This document shows positions 1 to 9,999 of a DNA stretch of 64,000 nt, piece by piece. Each line of letters opens with the position of its first letter. The stretch's first letter is position 1. The stretch spans positions 6,156 to 70,155 of the forward strand of contig CAWKAG010000012.1 in the NCBI GenBank assembly GCA_963847455.1. The letters are read 5' to 3'. The notes beneath the pieces are model-generated. The model was not told the origin of the DNA. It saw nothing but the letters and a program-made list of their open reading frames with translations, and searched no databases. The DNA comes from an uncultured Acidimicrobiia bacterium. Its GTDB lineage: Bacteria; Actinomycetota; Acidimicrobiia; Spongiisociales; JAENVV01. The position numbers and the translations under genes are program-made.

Positions 1-461
1 GGTCCGATGACGATCCCGACCGATACGGTCGTTCCGATGAGGCCGAGCGCTTTACCTCGTTCTGTAGCCGGAAATGCAGCGGTGAGAATGGCCAGCCCAA
101 GCGACAGGATCATGGCCGCTCCGACTGCCTGGACGATCCGCCAGCCGATCAGCATGCCAACGGATTGAGCACTCGCCGCAGCCGCTGAGGCGGCTGTGAA
201 TGCCACAAACCCGGTGGTGTAGATGCGTTTCTTTCCGATCATGTCGCCGAGTCGGCCAAAGAGAAGTGACAAGGTCCCGAGCACGAGAAGATACGCGAGC
301 ACTACCCATTGCACCGACGAGAACGGTGCGCCGAACTCTTCCTGCAGGGTCGGGAGGGCGATGTTGACGATGGATCCGTCGATGGTGGCCAAGAAGACGC
401 CCATCGACACGGCCCACATTACGAACCATTTTCGCGAGAAGTCCACGTCGGTATCGGTCAT
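1..461 (-). CDS. MFS transporter, DHA2/EmrB-like (N-terminal part; gene runs off the left edge)
   Basis: Not in the ORF track because there is no stop inside the window. The reverse strand from the ATG at 459-461 reads MTDTDVDFSRKWFVMWAVSMGVFLATIDGSIVNIALPTLQEEFGAPFSSVQWVVLAYLLVLGTLSLLFGRLGDMIGKKRIY... It has hydrophobic TM segments plus LDxTIVNxALP-like and GRLGDxxGxK-like motifs typical of 14-TMS drug/H+ antiporter MFS proteins. Confidence 0.8.
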   Translation of the reverse strand, partial: MTDTDVDFSRKWFVMWAVSMGVFLATIDGSIVNIALPTLQEEFGAPFSSVQWVVLAYLLVLGTLSLLFGRLGDMIGKKRIYTTGFVAFTAASAAAASAQSVGMLIGWRIVQAVGAAMILSLGLAILTAAFPATERGKALGLIGTTVSVGIVIG

Positions 462-514
462 GACAACCGCCTCACACTACCGGCCGGGGAAGGTGGAGAC
501 GTTGTCGGGCGGTT

Positions 515-3500
515 GTGGCGATTCGCAGGACAGATGACAAGAACCGGAGTAGGTTTAGCTGCGTCGTCAAGATGCTCGGAAAGGGGCGGCCACCTGTCAT
601 GTCGTCGCCTTCAACAGGGCGCCCATCTCGACGCTCCGATGCACCGGGAGTTGATGTGGTCATTGACTTAGAGCAAGAGACAACTGCTGACCCCTATCAG
701 TCGTACTTGCCGCGCATCGTTTTGCACTGGGACGCGGACGCGCCTTCCAGCAATCATCAACAGATAGACGGGACGATGGTCTTCGTCGACATTTCCGGCT
801 TCACGGCGTTGTCCGAGCGGTTGGCGATGCTCGGCAAGGTAGGCGCTGAGGAAGTTACCGAGGTACTCGGCGGATGCTTCAAGGGCTTGCTCGCGGTTGC
901 CTATCCGCTCGGTGGGAGGCTCATCAAGTTCGGGGGCGATGCGCTCCTGTTGCTTTTTGACGGAGACGGTCACGAACATCGAGCAGTCAATGCAGCGATC
1001 GGCATGCAGCGGGCCATGAAGACGCTTGGAAAGGTCAAGACACCCGCTGGGAACATGACGTTGCGTATGTCAATCGGCGCCAACTCCGGTACGTTTCACT
1101 TCTTCCTGATTGGTGACTCTCACCGTGAGCTGATTCTCACCGGTTCGGCTGCCACGGCGACCGTAGCGATGGAAGGCTTTGCCGAAGCTACCGAGATCCT
1201 TGTGTCGAGGACGACCGCCGCCGCCCTGCCCTCTGAGGCCATCGGTGACGCGAAAGGACCGGGATTCCTCATTCGAGGATCAGTCCCTGAACTCGCCGGC
1301 GGGACGGTCGATGTGCGTCCGCCGGCAGGCGATCTTGAGCGATACATCCCGATAGCGGTCCGGCAGGCGGTCCAGGCTGGGTCCAACGAGCCAGAACACC
1401 GCCAGGTCACGGTGGCATTTCTCCAGTTCATGGGGGTTGACTCGATGCTGTACGAAGAAGGACCAGATGCAGTGAGCGCCGCCCTCACCGAGCTGGTCAC
1501 CCACGTCCAGGCAGCGGTTGATCCTCGTAACGTCGCTTTTCTGGCTACCGACATCTATGACGACGGCGGCAAGATCATCCTGTCTGCTGGAGCGCCGACC
1601 GCCACCGGTAACGACTCGGAACGGATGTTGTTGGCGCTGCGGGAGATCATCACACATCGCTATGCCTTGCCGATAAAGATCGGGGTGAATCGGGGTCACG
1701 TGTTTGCTGGTGACGTCGGTCCCAAGTACCGGCGCACCTATACGATCATGGGTGACGACGTGAACTTGGCCGCCCGCCTCATGTCGGCAGCAGCCCCAGG
1801 AACGATTTACGCCACGCCGGTGGTTCTCGAGAACTCTCGCACGCTGTTCGCAACGACCGCCCTCGAACCGTTTCCGGTGAAGGGCAAGACCGAGCCCGTT
1901 CAGGCGTTCGAGGTCGGTGAGGAGACAGGCATCCGCTCTGGCCGAGCCCGGGACGAGCTTCCGTTCACCGGGCGGGTCGACGAGTTGGCCAAGCTCTGCG
2001 ATGCCCTTGAGCAGGCCTGCAATGGCCTGGGCTCCGTAGTAGCGGTGGTTGGAGAGCGGGGCATCGGTAAAACTCGGCTTGTCCAAGAAGCCGTTGACCT
2101 CCAACCAGATATGCCCGCCGCGACCGTACGGGCTGAGCCCTATGGAACGGCGACTCCGTATCGACCCTTCCGAGACCCGGCTCGAACAATCCTGGGCGTA
2201 GAGCGCGCCGATCATGCATCCATGGCGCGCCAGATGGCACAAGCTGTCAAAAAGCTAGATCCTGAGTTGCTTCCGTTCCTACCGCTATTGGGAGACGTTG
2301 CACATGTCGAGGTCCCCTCCACACCTGAGGTCGATGCCATCGACCCGAGGTTCCGGAGCGAGCGGGTTGCCGACACTGTCATTCGTGTCCTTGAGCTGGC
2401 TTCGCCGGGGCCGTTGGTTATCGTCCTCGAGGAGGGACAGTGGATGGATGCGGCTTCGACCGAGCTTGCCGAGCGTTTGTGCCGGGCGACCAACGATCGT
2501 CCGTGGGCGGTCCTGACGACGAGAGTTACCGGTGAGGGTCGATTCGAGCCCGACGATGCTTCTACGATCGAACTTGGGCCTTTGAGTAACGATGAAGCGA
2601 CGTCGATTGTGCTGAGGGTCACCGACGACAAACCCCTGCTGCCACACGACGTTGATACGATCGTGCAGCGAGCGGGTGGCAACGCCTTGTTTCTAGAAGA
2701 GATCCTGGCGGTGGTGAAGGAGTCGGGTTCGCTCCGAGACCTACCCGACTCGCTCGACGCGCTCGTGAGCTCCCAGATCGACGCTTTACCTTCCCGGCCC
2801 AAACGTCTCCTACGGTACGCCAGCGTCCTGGGCCGCAGCTTCCGGCCGACGGTGCTTGCTGAGGTTCTCGGTGATGACGAACTCAGTATGGATGACGAAG
2901 CCCGTGATGCACTGCTCGGTTTCCTGGTAGACAACGGTCCTGACCGGCTGCGTTTTCGGCACGGTCTGCTCCGTGACGTGGCCTACGAAGGGTTGCCGTA
3001 TCGTCGCCGCCGGGAACTACATCGCCGAGCCGCGTACGCAACTGAGCGGCTGGCCGGCGACGATACGGATGCCGTAGCCGACCTCCTTTCGCTGCACTTC
3101 TCGCTTGCGCAGGAGTATGAGCCGACGTTGCGGTACCGCGCGGATCGCAGCCGACGATGCTCGCGACGCGTATTCCAACGTAGACGCGGCAGCTCAGTAC
3201 GCCCGGGCGATCGACGCAGCCAGGCGGTTGCCGGACGTTACTGATGATGAACGGGTCGGACTCCTAGCCGAACTCGGAGACGTCGAGTTGAAGGCCGGAA
3301 GGTTTAAAGAGGCGCTGTCTGCCTACCGGAGTGCCCTCCGGTTCGCAGCCCGGGACCCGATCGAGAAGGCGGAGCTGTTGCTCAGGCGAGCCCGGGCGCG
3401 CGAGCGCGCAGGCTCATTCTCAGTTGCTCTGCGTGACATCACGATCGCCTTGAAACTGATCGAAGCGGACAATACGGCCGAGGCACTCGCGATCAGAGCA

Positions 3501-4499
3501 CGATTAACTGCTCTCCGTGCCACCGTAAGGCAGGCCCAAGACCAACCCCGGGCCGCGCTCAAGCTGGCCGAACGGGCAGTTGAACAAGCCAAAGCAGCCA
3601 GGGAGGAAGAGGCGCTCGCCAAGGCGTACAACATCATGAACACGGCTTATCACATGCTCGGCCGATCCGGCGAGGCGGTCTATGCAGAGAAGTCCCTACG
3701 GCTGTATGAGAAGTTGGGAATGCTCGACGTGCAGGCGGAGATCACCGGGAACCTGGGGGCGGGCGCTTACTTTGCCGGGGACTGGGACGAGGCGCTTGAG
3801 TATTACGCAAAAGCCAAGGACATGGCAGCCCGCGCCGGCAACACGCTGCAGGCCGCAATAACCGGCTCCAATATGGGTGAAGTCTTTGTCAACCAGGGGA
3901 GGATGAAAGAAGCCCAGCCGCTGCTGCGTGAGGCGTCGCGGGTCATGCGAGCGGCCGGATTCGTCGACGGCGCAGTGTTTGCGGAGATTCATCTCGCCCG
4001 AGTGCTGGCTGATCGAGGCGAGGTCAATGAGGCGGAAGTACTACTTCGAGCTGCGATTGACGAGCTCAATCAGCTCGGTCGGTCTGGCAGCGCACTGGAG
4101 GCAGCGATCTACCTGGCGGAGTGCCGGTTGGAACGTGGCGACCCGCCGCAAGCGTTGGACATACTTGATCGGGCTGAGAAGGCGGCCGGGCGCGATCGGC
4201 TTTGGTACACGGCCGCGTTGGCGCGAGTCCGCGGCCAGGCTTTGAACGACGTCGGGAGGCGCCAGGAGTCTTTGCGGGCTATCGACGTTGGTTTGGCGGC
4301 TGCGTCGGACCAGGGCCTCGGCTACGAGGAAGCGCTCCTCGTTCTGACCCGTGAAACCATCGAAGGAGGAGCCGACCAGGTCGACTCCTCCTCCGTGCTT
4401 CGCGCTACTCAGCTCCTACATGACCTGGATGTTCGGCGTTTGCCGTGCACCCTGGCCTTTCTTGACTACCGAGCGAAGAATGGATCTCCGTTGCCGTAG
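515..4499 (+). pseudogene. Tandem class III nucleotidyl cyclase / STAND P-loop ATPase / TPR signalling protein; reading frame broken once (frameshift or assembly indel)
   Basis: Frame A (515-3244) has two cyclase homology domains (MVFVDISGFTALSERL...IKFGGDALLLLF, then IGVNRGHVFAGDVG...IMGDDVNLAARLM...FPVKGKTEPV) followed by Walker A GERGIGKT (2051-2074). Frame B (3105-4499) has TPR-like helical repeats. The frames join sensibly as ...EYEPTLRY / ARIAADDARDAYSN... near 3134-3143. The start is uncertain: GTG 515, ATG 572, or ATG 599 (the last preceded by GGAAAGGGG). Confidence 0.85.
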
Positions 4500-5644
4500 T
4501 AATACTCGGTGACCTGCATCTCACCGTCACCTGTGTAGCTCACGTCCTGGTCAAGCAGGCACCAGCTCGCACCGGAGGGAAGTGTCGGCGGACCCGAGAA
4601 CGCATAGGGGGGCGCTTCGTCGACCGTCAGCGTGCCATCCGGGTCCCGCTGGGGCGTTCCTTCGCACCACTGGACGTCTTCGGCGCCGCCGCCAAAGTCA
4701 ATCGACGTGACCGGGACGGGCAGCACTGCGCTCTCGGTCGGCCAAACGATCGTGGCGGTGAACTCGGCGTCGTCCTGACCGGTCGGCTCAAATGACGCAG
4801 TGGAGCCGAGAGCGTCATCGTTGTAGGGCTTGAGCTCACAGCCTTCCTGGCCACCACGGAAGACGGTTATTGCTGCGTCGTCTCCGCCACCTTCGGTCGG
4901 TGTCGAATCACCACAGTCGAGTTCCCCGTCGAACTCTTCAACGAGCTTGAAGGTTGAGGCGTTCGTGCCGAAGCTGTTGATGAGTAAGGGACCGTCCCCG
5001 CCGCCTTCCACAGAAATGGCGGGACTATTCGTGCCTGCCATGACGGGCGCGAACTTCAGCGACGTCGTGTACCTTGGGCCGTCGGCCGGAAGCCTCACGA
5101 TGTTGTTGTCATTCGGTCCCGAGTCGGGGCCGTTGTCGGAGGTATTCGAAAGGGTTCGAACTACCGTATCGTTGTCGGAATAGGTCACGCTGAGTTGGGC
5201 GTTACGCTTTCCTTCGATGTCGACTTCGGCGAATTCGATCCTCACATCAGAGCTGAAGAACGAGCCCAGGGAGATCGTCAGAGTTTGACCTTCGGCGACT
5301 TGGCCTTGGTCCGTCGAGCAATTGTTCTTTGTCTTGACCCCGAGGCCATGTGAGACGGCTCCTACCTTCCCGTTGCCTCCTGTAGTCGAGAGTGCGATCA
5401 AATCGGTTCCGGTAGGCGTGACGTCGCATTTGGCGTTGATGCTGAGGTTCTGAGTATGCGTCGAAGTGGACGACCCCGCTGGATACCATTTCACGGTGAA
5501 CCCAGAGTCGCCGGTGTGGAGGTCGAGGCGGCCCCGGTCTACGTACACGGGTGGTTCGCCAGCGGCGATGGCGGTGGTCGCAAATACCGCACCCAACATG
5601 GCGAGTACGACGACGAGAACGGAGATCTTTCTGTTACGGCGCAT
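4466..5644 (-). CDS. Secreted protein of unknown function (Gly/Ser/Thr/Asn/Asp-rich)
   Basis: ORF 4466-5668. I prefer the ATG at 5644 because AAGGAGGA lies about 11 nt upstream. The N-terminus MRRNRKISVLVVVLAMLGAVFATTAIAAGEPP is a signal peptide. I recognised no family. Its 3' end overlaps the convergent TPR gene by 34 nt. Confidence 0.6.
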   Translation of the reverse strand: MRRNRKISVLVVVLAMLGAVFATTAIAAGEPPVYVDRGRLDLHTGDSGFTVKWYPAGSSTSTHTQNLSINAKCDVTPTGTDLIALSTTGGNGKVGAVSHGLGVKTKNNCSTDQGQVAEGQTLTISLGSFFSSDVRIEFAEVDIEGKRNAQLSVTYSDNDTVVRTLSNTSDNGPDSGPNDNNIVRLPADGPRYTTSLKFAPVMAGTNSPAISVEGGGDGPLLINSFGTNASTFKLVEEFDGELDCGDSTPTEGGGDDAAITVFRGGQEGCELKPYNDDALGSTASFEPTGQDDAEFTATIVWPTESAVLPVPVTSIDFGGGAEDVQWCEGTPQRDPDGTLTVDEAPPYAFSGPPTLPSGASWCLLDQDVSYTGDGEMQVTEYYYGNGDPFFAR

Positions 5645-5874
5645 ATTTCCTACGATCCTCCTTGCCACACAGGTGACATGCAGCGGTTGCGAGGTGTGTG
5701 TTCAGACACGGGAACCGGACCGAGCCAAATCGCCCGGTCTCGAAATTAGCTGGTGCCTCCCGTAACGCTGAACCCAATCCCCTTTTGTGACTTAAGTCCT
5801 ATAGACACTGTCACACAGATAATCGAAGACGTAAAGTGCCATTTCTGGTGTGCGAGGTTTGTGCCCCAAAAGGA

Positions 5875-8049
5875 CTAGTTCTCTGGAAAGATGTGCGTTT
5901 TTTTGGGCAGTCGGTAACTTTCGAGGGAGGACCGTTGCCCGATAGCTATCTCGAGCGGGCGGCCAACAATGCCTGCCAGCAGCCGTTCGGCCGCCGCCTG
6001 GTCTGATTGGTCATGACGGTCGCCGTACGCTTCCCTGGTGATCGCTTCTCCGACTTGGCGCAGTCGCTCATCGGGAAGGGGACCGCTCATGAGCGCGCCG
6101 ACGTATTCGCGCACTGTTTCGTGGGGCTGGCGAGGGCGATCTCGGACCGCCCCATTGTGCTCCAGGTTCTCGGTCATGCACTCGACCCAGGTTCGACGGG
6201 CTTTCCGTCGCCGCTCGCCAATGATTCGGCCCGTCACGGATAGCAGCATGCCCCCAAAACCTCCGACGAGGACGACAGCCAGCGTGATGCCGAGACCGCG
6301 CCCGACCAACCCGGCGTTCTCACGAGCCCAGGCGGCTACCACTGCCCCGGCGTTGGCTGGTGGATCAAACTCCCCGGCCAGGGGAACCTGCGCAGTTGGG
6401 TCGAAGCCTTGCCATCCAATCCCGGGGAAGTAGACCTCCGCCCAGGAGTGAGCATCCGAGGCGCGGACTTCGTATAGGCCGGTGAGTGAGTTGCGTTCAC
6501 CTGGGATGAACCCGACCGCCAGGCGACTCGGCACGCCAAGCGACCGCAGCATGACGACCAGGCTCGTGCCGATCTGCTCGCAGAAGCCTTGACGGGTCTC
6601 AAATAGGTATTCGTCGACCGAATCAGCTCCCTCGGGCAGCGGAGGGATGTCCAAGCTGTAGGTAGTGTTCTGGGCCATCCAAGCTTCGAGCGCCTTGATC
6701 TTGTCATAGGTGGTGGGGGCGTCGGTGGTGACCTCGCGAGCCAGATCGAGAACTCGCTCGGGCACGTCGTCGGGGAGTTGGAGGAACGGGTCCAGGGAGA
6801 CGGGGAGGTCGCTTCGCAGAGGGTCGCTGACCGTTAGGAGGGCTTCGGTCACGTGGGGCCGCTCGCTGATCACGGTATAGACCGCACCTCTCCCGAGGTC
6901 TGAACCGGCCCGTAGTGCCCCGTCGGGTTGCTGGAATAGGAACCGCGAGTCGAAGTAGACCTCTGAAACCCGGTAGGCGCCGAAAACCAGGTTTGGTCCT
7001 GGTTGTTCAATATAGAAAGTCTGGATGAAGTCGTCGGCCGGCACCGGTGTATCCCCCACCGTGAGTGGAACCTGGATCGGGGCGGGACCGCTGAGGGTTG
7101 CCGACGTGTCATCCGAGGCGGTCCACGTGACTCCGTCCCACACATCAAACGTCTGGCCCCGCCAGAACGCAGGCGCCGACGCACGCACCCGCATGACCAA
7201 CGTGCCGTCAGGCCTTCCCCTGGCAGACGTGTCGAGTTGCTCGGCAAAGCCGAAGTAGCCCGAACTGGCTCCGCTGCCGGACGAGTCCTGTTGATTCTGG
7301 CTGCCCCGGTTGCCAAGAGACGGATTCGACAGCGAGCCGGGGGTACCCAGAGCATTCGATGACGGGAGATTCGCAGGAAACGTAAGTGCTCGCGACGCTC
7401 GCGCACTGGGGAGCGCCAGGAACACTGCGATCGCGATGATGGTGAGAATGCCGACAGCTTTGGCGCCTGCTCTCGCCGCTCCGTCGCCAATCGACGGACC
7501 TCGTTTTCCGAGGGCCGGCAAATCGGTGACCGAGCTGCGATAGGCGAGCAGCAATGAAATCATCAGTCCGCCTGCCCAGAGCAGGATAAAGGCCCCCAAC
7601 GTCGACGAGATCGATAGCGCGGCCGTGATAGCCATCATGGCGGCCGATGACGCCAGAGAAAACATGAGGTCACGACGGGCCGGGACGTGGAGAGAATGGA
7701 TTACCTGGACCCAGAGGAATAGTTCTGCGAGGGGAACTTGAATGTCGACGAGTCCCTCTTGGAACGACGAAACCAGCTCGCCAAAGAAGCCCACGACGGA
7801 CACGACAAGGGCTACGGCCAGGACTGCTTTCAGCTTGAGCGCGTCCGAATGGCGCATTCGATACGAGATTGCGAATCCGACGGGGATGCCGATGATGGCG
7901 ACGAGAGCGGGGGCCGTTCGAACAAATCCCTGCGCGATCAGAGCGACAACCGAAATCATCACGGTTGCTCCAACCGCGGCCCTCACGGAGATGAAGGGTT
8001 CCGGGTCGGTGGCGAGGTTGGCCTCCCGAATGGTGTCAGCCAACTTCAT
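5875..8049 (-). CDS. Transglutaminase-domain membrane protein (TgpA-like)
   Basis: ORF 5875-8367, trimmed to MKLADTIREANL... whose ATG (8047-8049) overlaps the upstream stop as ATGA. It has multiple N-terminal TM helices and a C-terminal transglutaminase core (...GFCEQIGTSLVVMLRSLGVPSRLAVGF...RASDAHSWAEVYFPGIGWQGFDPT). Confidence 0.85.
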   Translation of the reverse strand: MKLADTIREANLATDPEPFISVRAAVGATVMISVVALIAQGFVRTAPALVAIIGIPVGFAISYRMRHSDALKLKAVLAVALVVSVVGFFGELVSSFQEGLVDIQVPLAELFLWVQVIHSLHVPARRDLMFSLASSAAMMAITAALSISSTLGAFILLWAGGLMISLLLAYRSSVTDLPALGKRGPSIGDGAARAGAKAVGILTIIAIAVFLALPSARASRALTFPANLPSSNALGTPGSLSNPSLGNRGSQNQQDSSGSGASSGYFGFAEQLDTSARGRPDGTLVMRVRASAPAFWRGQTFDVWDGVTWTASDDTSATLSGPAPIQVPLTVGDTPVPADDFIQTFYIEQPGPNLVFGAYRVSEVYFDSRFLFQQPDGALRAGSDLGRGAVYTVISERPHVTEALLTVSDPLRSDLPVSLDPFLQLPDDVPERVLDLAREVTTDAPTTYDKIKALEAWMAQNTTYSLDIPPLPEGADSVDEYLFETRQGFCEQIGTSLVVMLRSLGVPSRLAVGFIPGERNSLTGLYEVRASDAHSWAEVYFPGIGWQGFDPTAQVPLAGEFDPPANAGAVVAAWARENAGLVGRGLGITLAVVLVGGFGGMLLSVTGRIIGERRRKARRTWVECMTENLEHNGAVRDRPRQPHETVREYVGALMSGPLPDERLRQVGEAITREAYGDRHDQSDQAAAERLLAGIVGRPLEIAIGQRSSLESYRLPKKTHIFPEN

Positions 8050-8975
8050 GGCACGTGCACGACGGTTGCGGCATCGCCGTCGTCCGGTGGGTTGCCCGGG
8101 TCGCCGCTCGTTGCGTAGGCGAGGCGTCGTCCGGCCTCGAGCATGGATCCAACCGAACCTGCATGCGGCCCGCTCTTCTCGGCCGTCAAGAGACGGACCG
8201 GAACCCCGGCGGTCAGTCCACGCTGCACATGTCCGTACGCCAGACTTGCCCGATGGTCGGCTTCGTCCGGCGAGCAGTTTAGATCGAGGCGTACCACGAG
8301 ATGCGGAGCGTCGGGAGACTCCAGTTCCTTGACAACCGGATGGTTCAACCGGGCGGTGGCCGGCCAATGAATCATTCGGAGGGAATCGCCCTGCTGGTAA
8401 TCGCGTATTGATCGAACCGTTTCACCGGCACCGGTCCGCCTGCCGACGGCTTCTGACCCCGTCGCCGGGCTTGAAGAAACCGTCGCAAAGGCCACCGATT
8501 CAACCCGGGGAGCGACCGCAATCGGCGGGTCGATGGCCACGGTGACCTGGCGGGTTGCCCAGACCAGCCCGATCGGAGACGCGGTCGCTAGTTCCACGAG
8601 CACCTGAGTGATGACTCCTCGTTTCGGGGCGATGGCTCGCACAGTTCCCGCGGTTGGAATGGTCGCCCCCACCCACTCGGATTCCGGCTTGAGCAGTCGC
8701 AGGCGCCCGGATTGGGGCCGTCCGTTCACACCGAGATGAATATCGAATGGCCGCCCGGCAACGGCATCGTCCGGCGCGTTGACCGTGACAACGAGGCGGC
8801 GAATGGCGAACCATGGCCCGATGAGACCCATAAGGAGAAGGCTCAGAGCGATAGCCAGCAGCACCGTCAGCCAGCCTGCACCGGTAGTGCGCGAAGCGAC
8901 CAGGAACGCCAGAGACAAGGCTCCGATGGTGTAGACACCTCGGGTGGGCCGAATCCGAACCCGCGTGTTAGCCAC
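8046..8975 (-). CDS. DUF58 domain protein (MoxR-associated)
   Basis: GTG start at 8975. It has two N-terminal TM helices and the DUF58-type motif IRDYQQGDSLRMIHWPATARLNHPVVKELE. It overlaps moxR by 8 nt and the transglutaminase gene by 4 nt. Confidence 0.85.
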   Translation of the reverse strand: MANTRVRIRPTRGVYTIGALSLAFLVASRTTGAGWLTVLLAIALSLLLMGLIGPWFAIRRLVVTVNAPDDAVAGRPFDIHLGVNGRPQSGRLRLLKPESEWVGATIPTAGTVRAIAPKRGVITQVLVELATASPIGLVWATRQVTVAIDPPIAVAPRVESVAFATVSSSPATGSEAVGRRTGAGETVRSIRDYQQGDSLRMIHWPATARLNHPVVKELESPDAPHLVVRLDLNCSPDEADHRASLAYGHVQRGLTAGVPVRLLTAEKSGPHAGSVGSMLEAGRRLAYATSGDPGNPPDDGDAATVVHVP

Positions 8976-9942
8976 GCGGTACAGGGACCGAACGCAACAA
9001 GTCGTCCATGATGGCCCTGGCAGCCGTGACGTTGGTTCCGCCCGACAGGATGATCCGATGGGACAACACGGCGCTCGCTACCGCTTTGACGTCGTCGGGT
9101 GTGACAAATCGCTGGCCGACTGTCGTCGCATGGCCCCTGGCTACTGCCAACATGCCAAGGCTGGCTCGAGGAGAAGCACCGAGTGAGATCTCCGGGTGCT
9201 GCCTGGTGGCGGTCACGATGTCGAGGATGTAGTTGGCGACCGACTCGCTGCAGTGAAGGCTGCGGACTTCCTTGATGGCTTTGGCGAGCGTTTCGGCAGT
9301 GACTACGGCTTGGAGGTCAGCTAGCTGACCAGCACCGCCGTCACCCATGAGCAAACCGATCTCGGTTTGACGGTCGGGAAGACCCATTTCAAAGATGGCG
9401 CTGAAACGATCCAGTTGGCCCTCGACAAGCGGGAAGGTACCGGCATGTTCAAAGGGATTCTGGGTCGCGATGAGAAAGAATGGTTCGGGTAGCGCATGGG
9501 TTGTTCCATCAACCGATACCTGCCGCTCCTCCATGGCTTCAAGGAGAGCAGCCTGGGTCCGGGGAGTGGCCCGGTTGATCTCGTCGACAATCACTACGTT
9601 TGCGAATAGCGGCCCCGGTCGAAAGTGCCACGACTCGGTGGACCGACGGTAGATCGCAACGCCGGTGAGGTCGGCGGGCAGTAGGTCGGGAGTGCCCTGG
9701 ACTCGACGAAACGTCCCGCCGATGGAGGCAGCCAGCGATTTGGCGAGCAGGGTTTTGCCAACGCCGGGAACGTCTTCGACCAGGATGTGGCCGCCGGACA
9801 GGAGCGTGGCGACAATCAGGCGCAGTTCGGCCGGCTTGCCACGGATGATTTTCGAGAGGTTGCCGAACAGTCTTGAAGCGACTTGTGACCCCAACGGGGC
9901 TCCAGTTGGGGCCGAAGGGACGGCGGGCGGCGCAGTTTGCAT
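8968..9942 (-). CDS. moxR: MoxR-family AAA+ ATPase
   Basis: Walker A GVPGVGKT, Walker B VVIVDEINRA, and a typical MoxR architecture (...GHILVEDVPGVGKTLLAKSLA...RVQGTPDLLPADLTG...). Confidence 0.9.
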   Translation of the reverse strand: MQTAPPAVPSAPTGAPLGSQVASRLFGNLSKIIRGKPAELRLIVATLLSGGHILVEDVPGVGKTLLAKSLAASIGGTFRRVQGTPDLLPADLTGVAIYRRSTESWHFRPGPLFANVVIVDEINRATPRTQAALLEAMEERQVSVDGTTHALPEPFFLIATQNPFEHAGTFPLVEGQLDRFSAIFEMGLPDRQTEIGLLMGDGGAGQLADLQAVVTAETLAKAIKEVRSLHCSESVANYILDIVTATRQHPEISLGASPRASLGMLAVARGHATTVGQRFVTPDDVKAVASAVLSHRIILSGGTNVTAARAIMDDLLRSVPVPRG

Positions 9943-9999
9943 AATGGTGTATCGGCACGGTTGTGGCGCTAATTTAGGATCGAATGCGCGGAATTAGGT

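Noticed and set aside
5786-5815. A CRP/cAMP-receptor-like site TGTGA...TCACA upstream of the secreted-protein gene. This was tempting because a cyclase gene is adjacent.
   Set aside because: The half-sites are 20 nt apart rather than the canonical 6. There is no support beyond the pentamers.
8050-8367. The N-terminal 106-aa extension of the transglutaminase ORF (and similar long extensions on ORFs 16864-18519, 29897-31228, 42478-43410, 20675-21277).
   Set aside because: The extensions are Arg/Gly/Pro-rich and overlap the upstream genes. They precede internal Met codons that have good RBSs or ATGA/GTGA coupling to the upstream stop. I used the shorter models.
5875-9942. The MoxR-DUF58-transglutaminase operon as a candidate novel system.
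   Set aside because: This three-gene arrangement is a widespread, already described conserved module in Actinobacteria and other phyla. Nothing here deviates from it.
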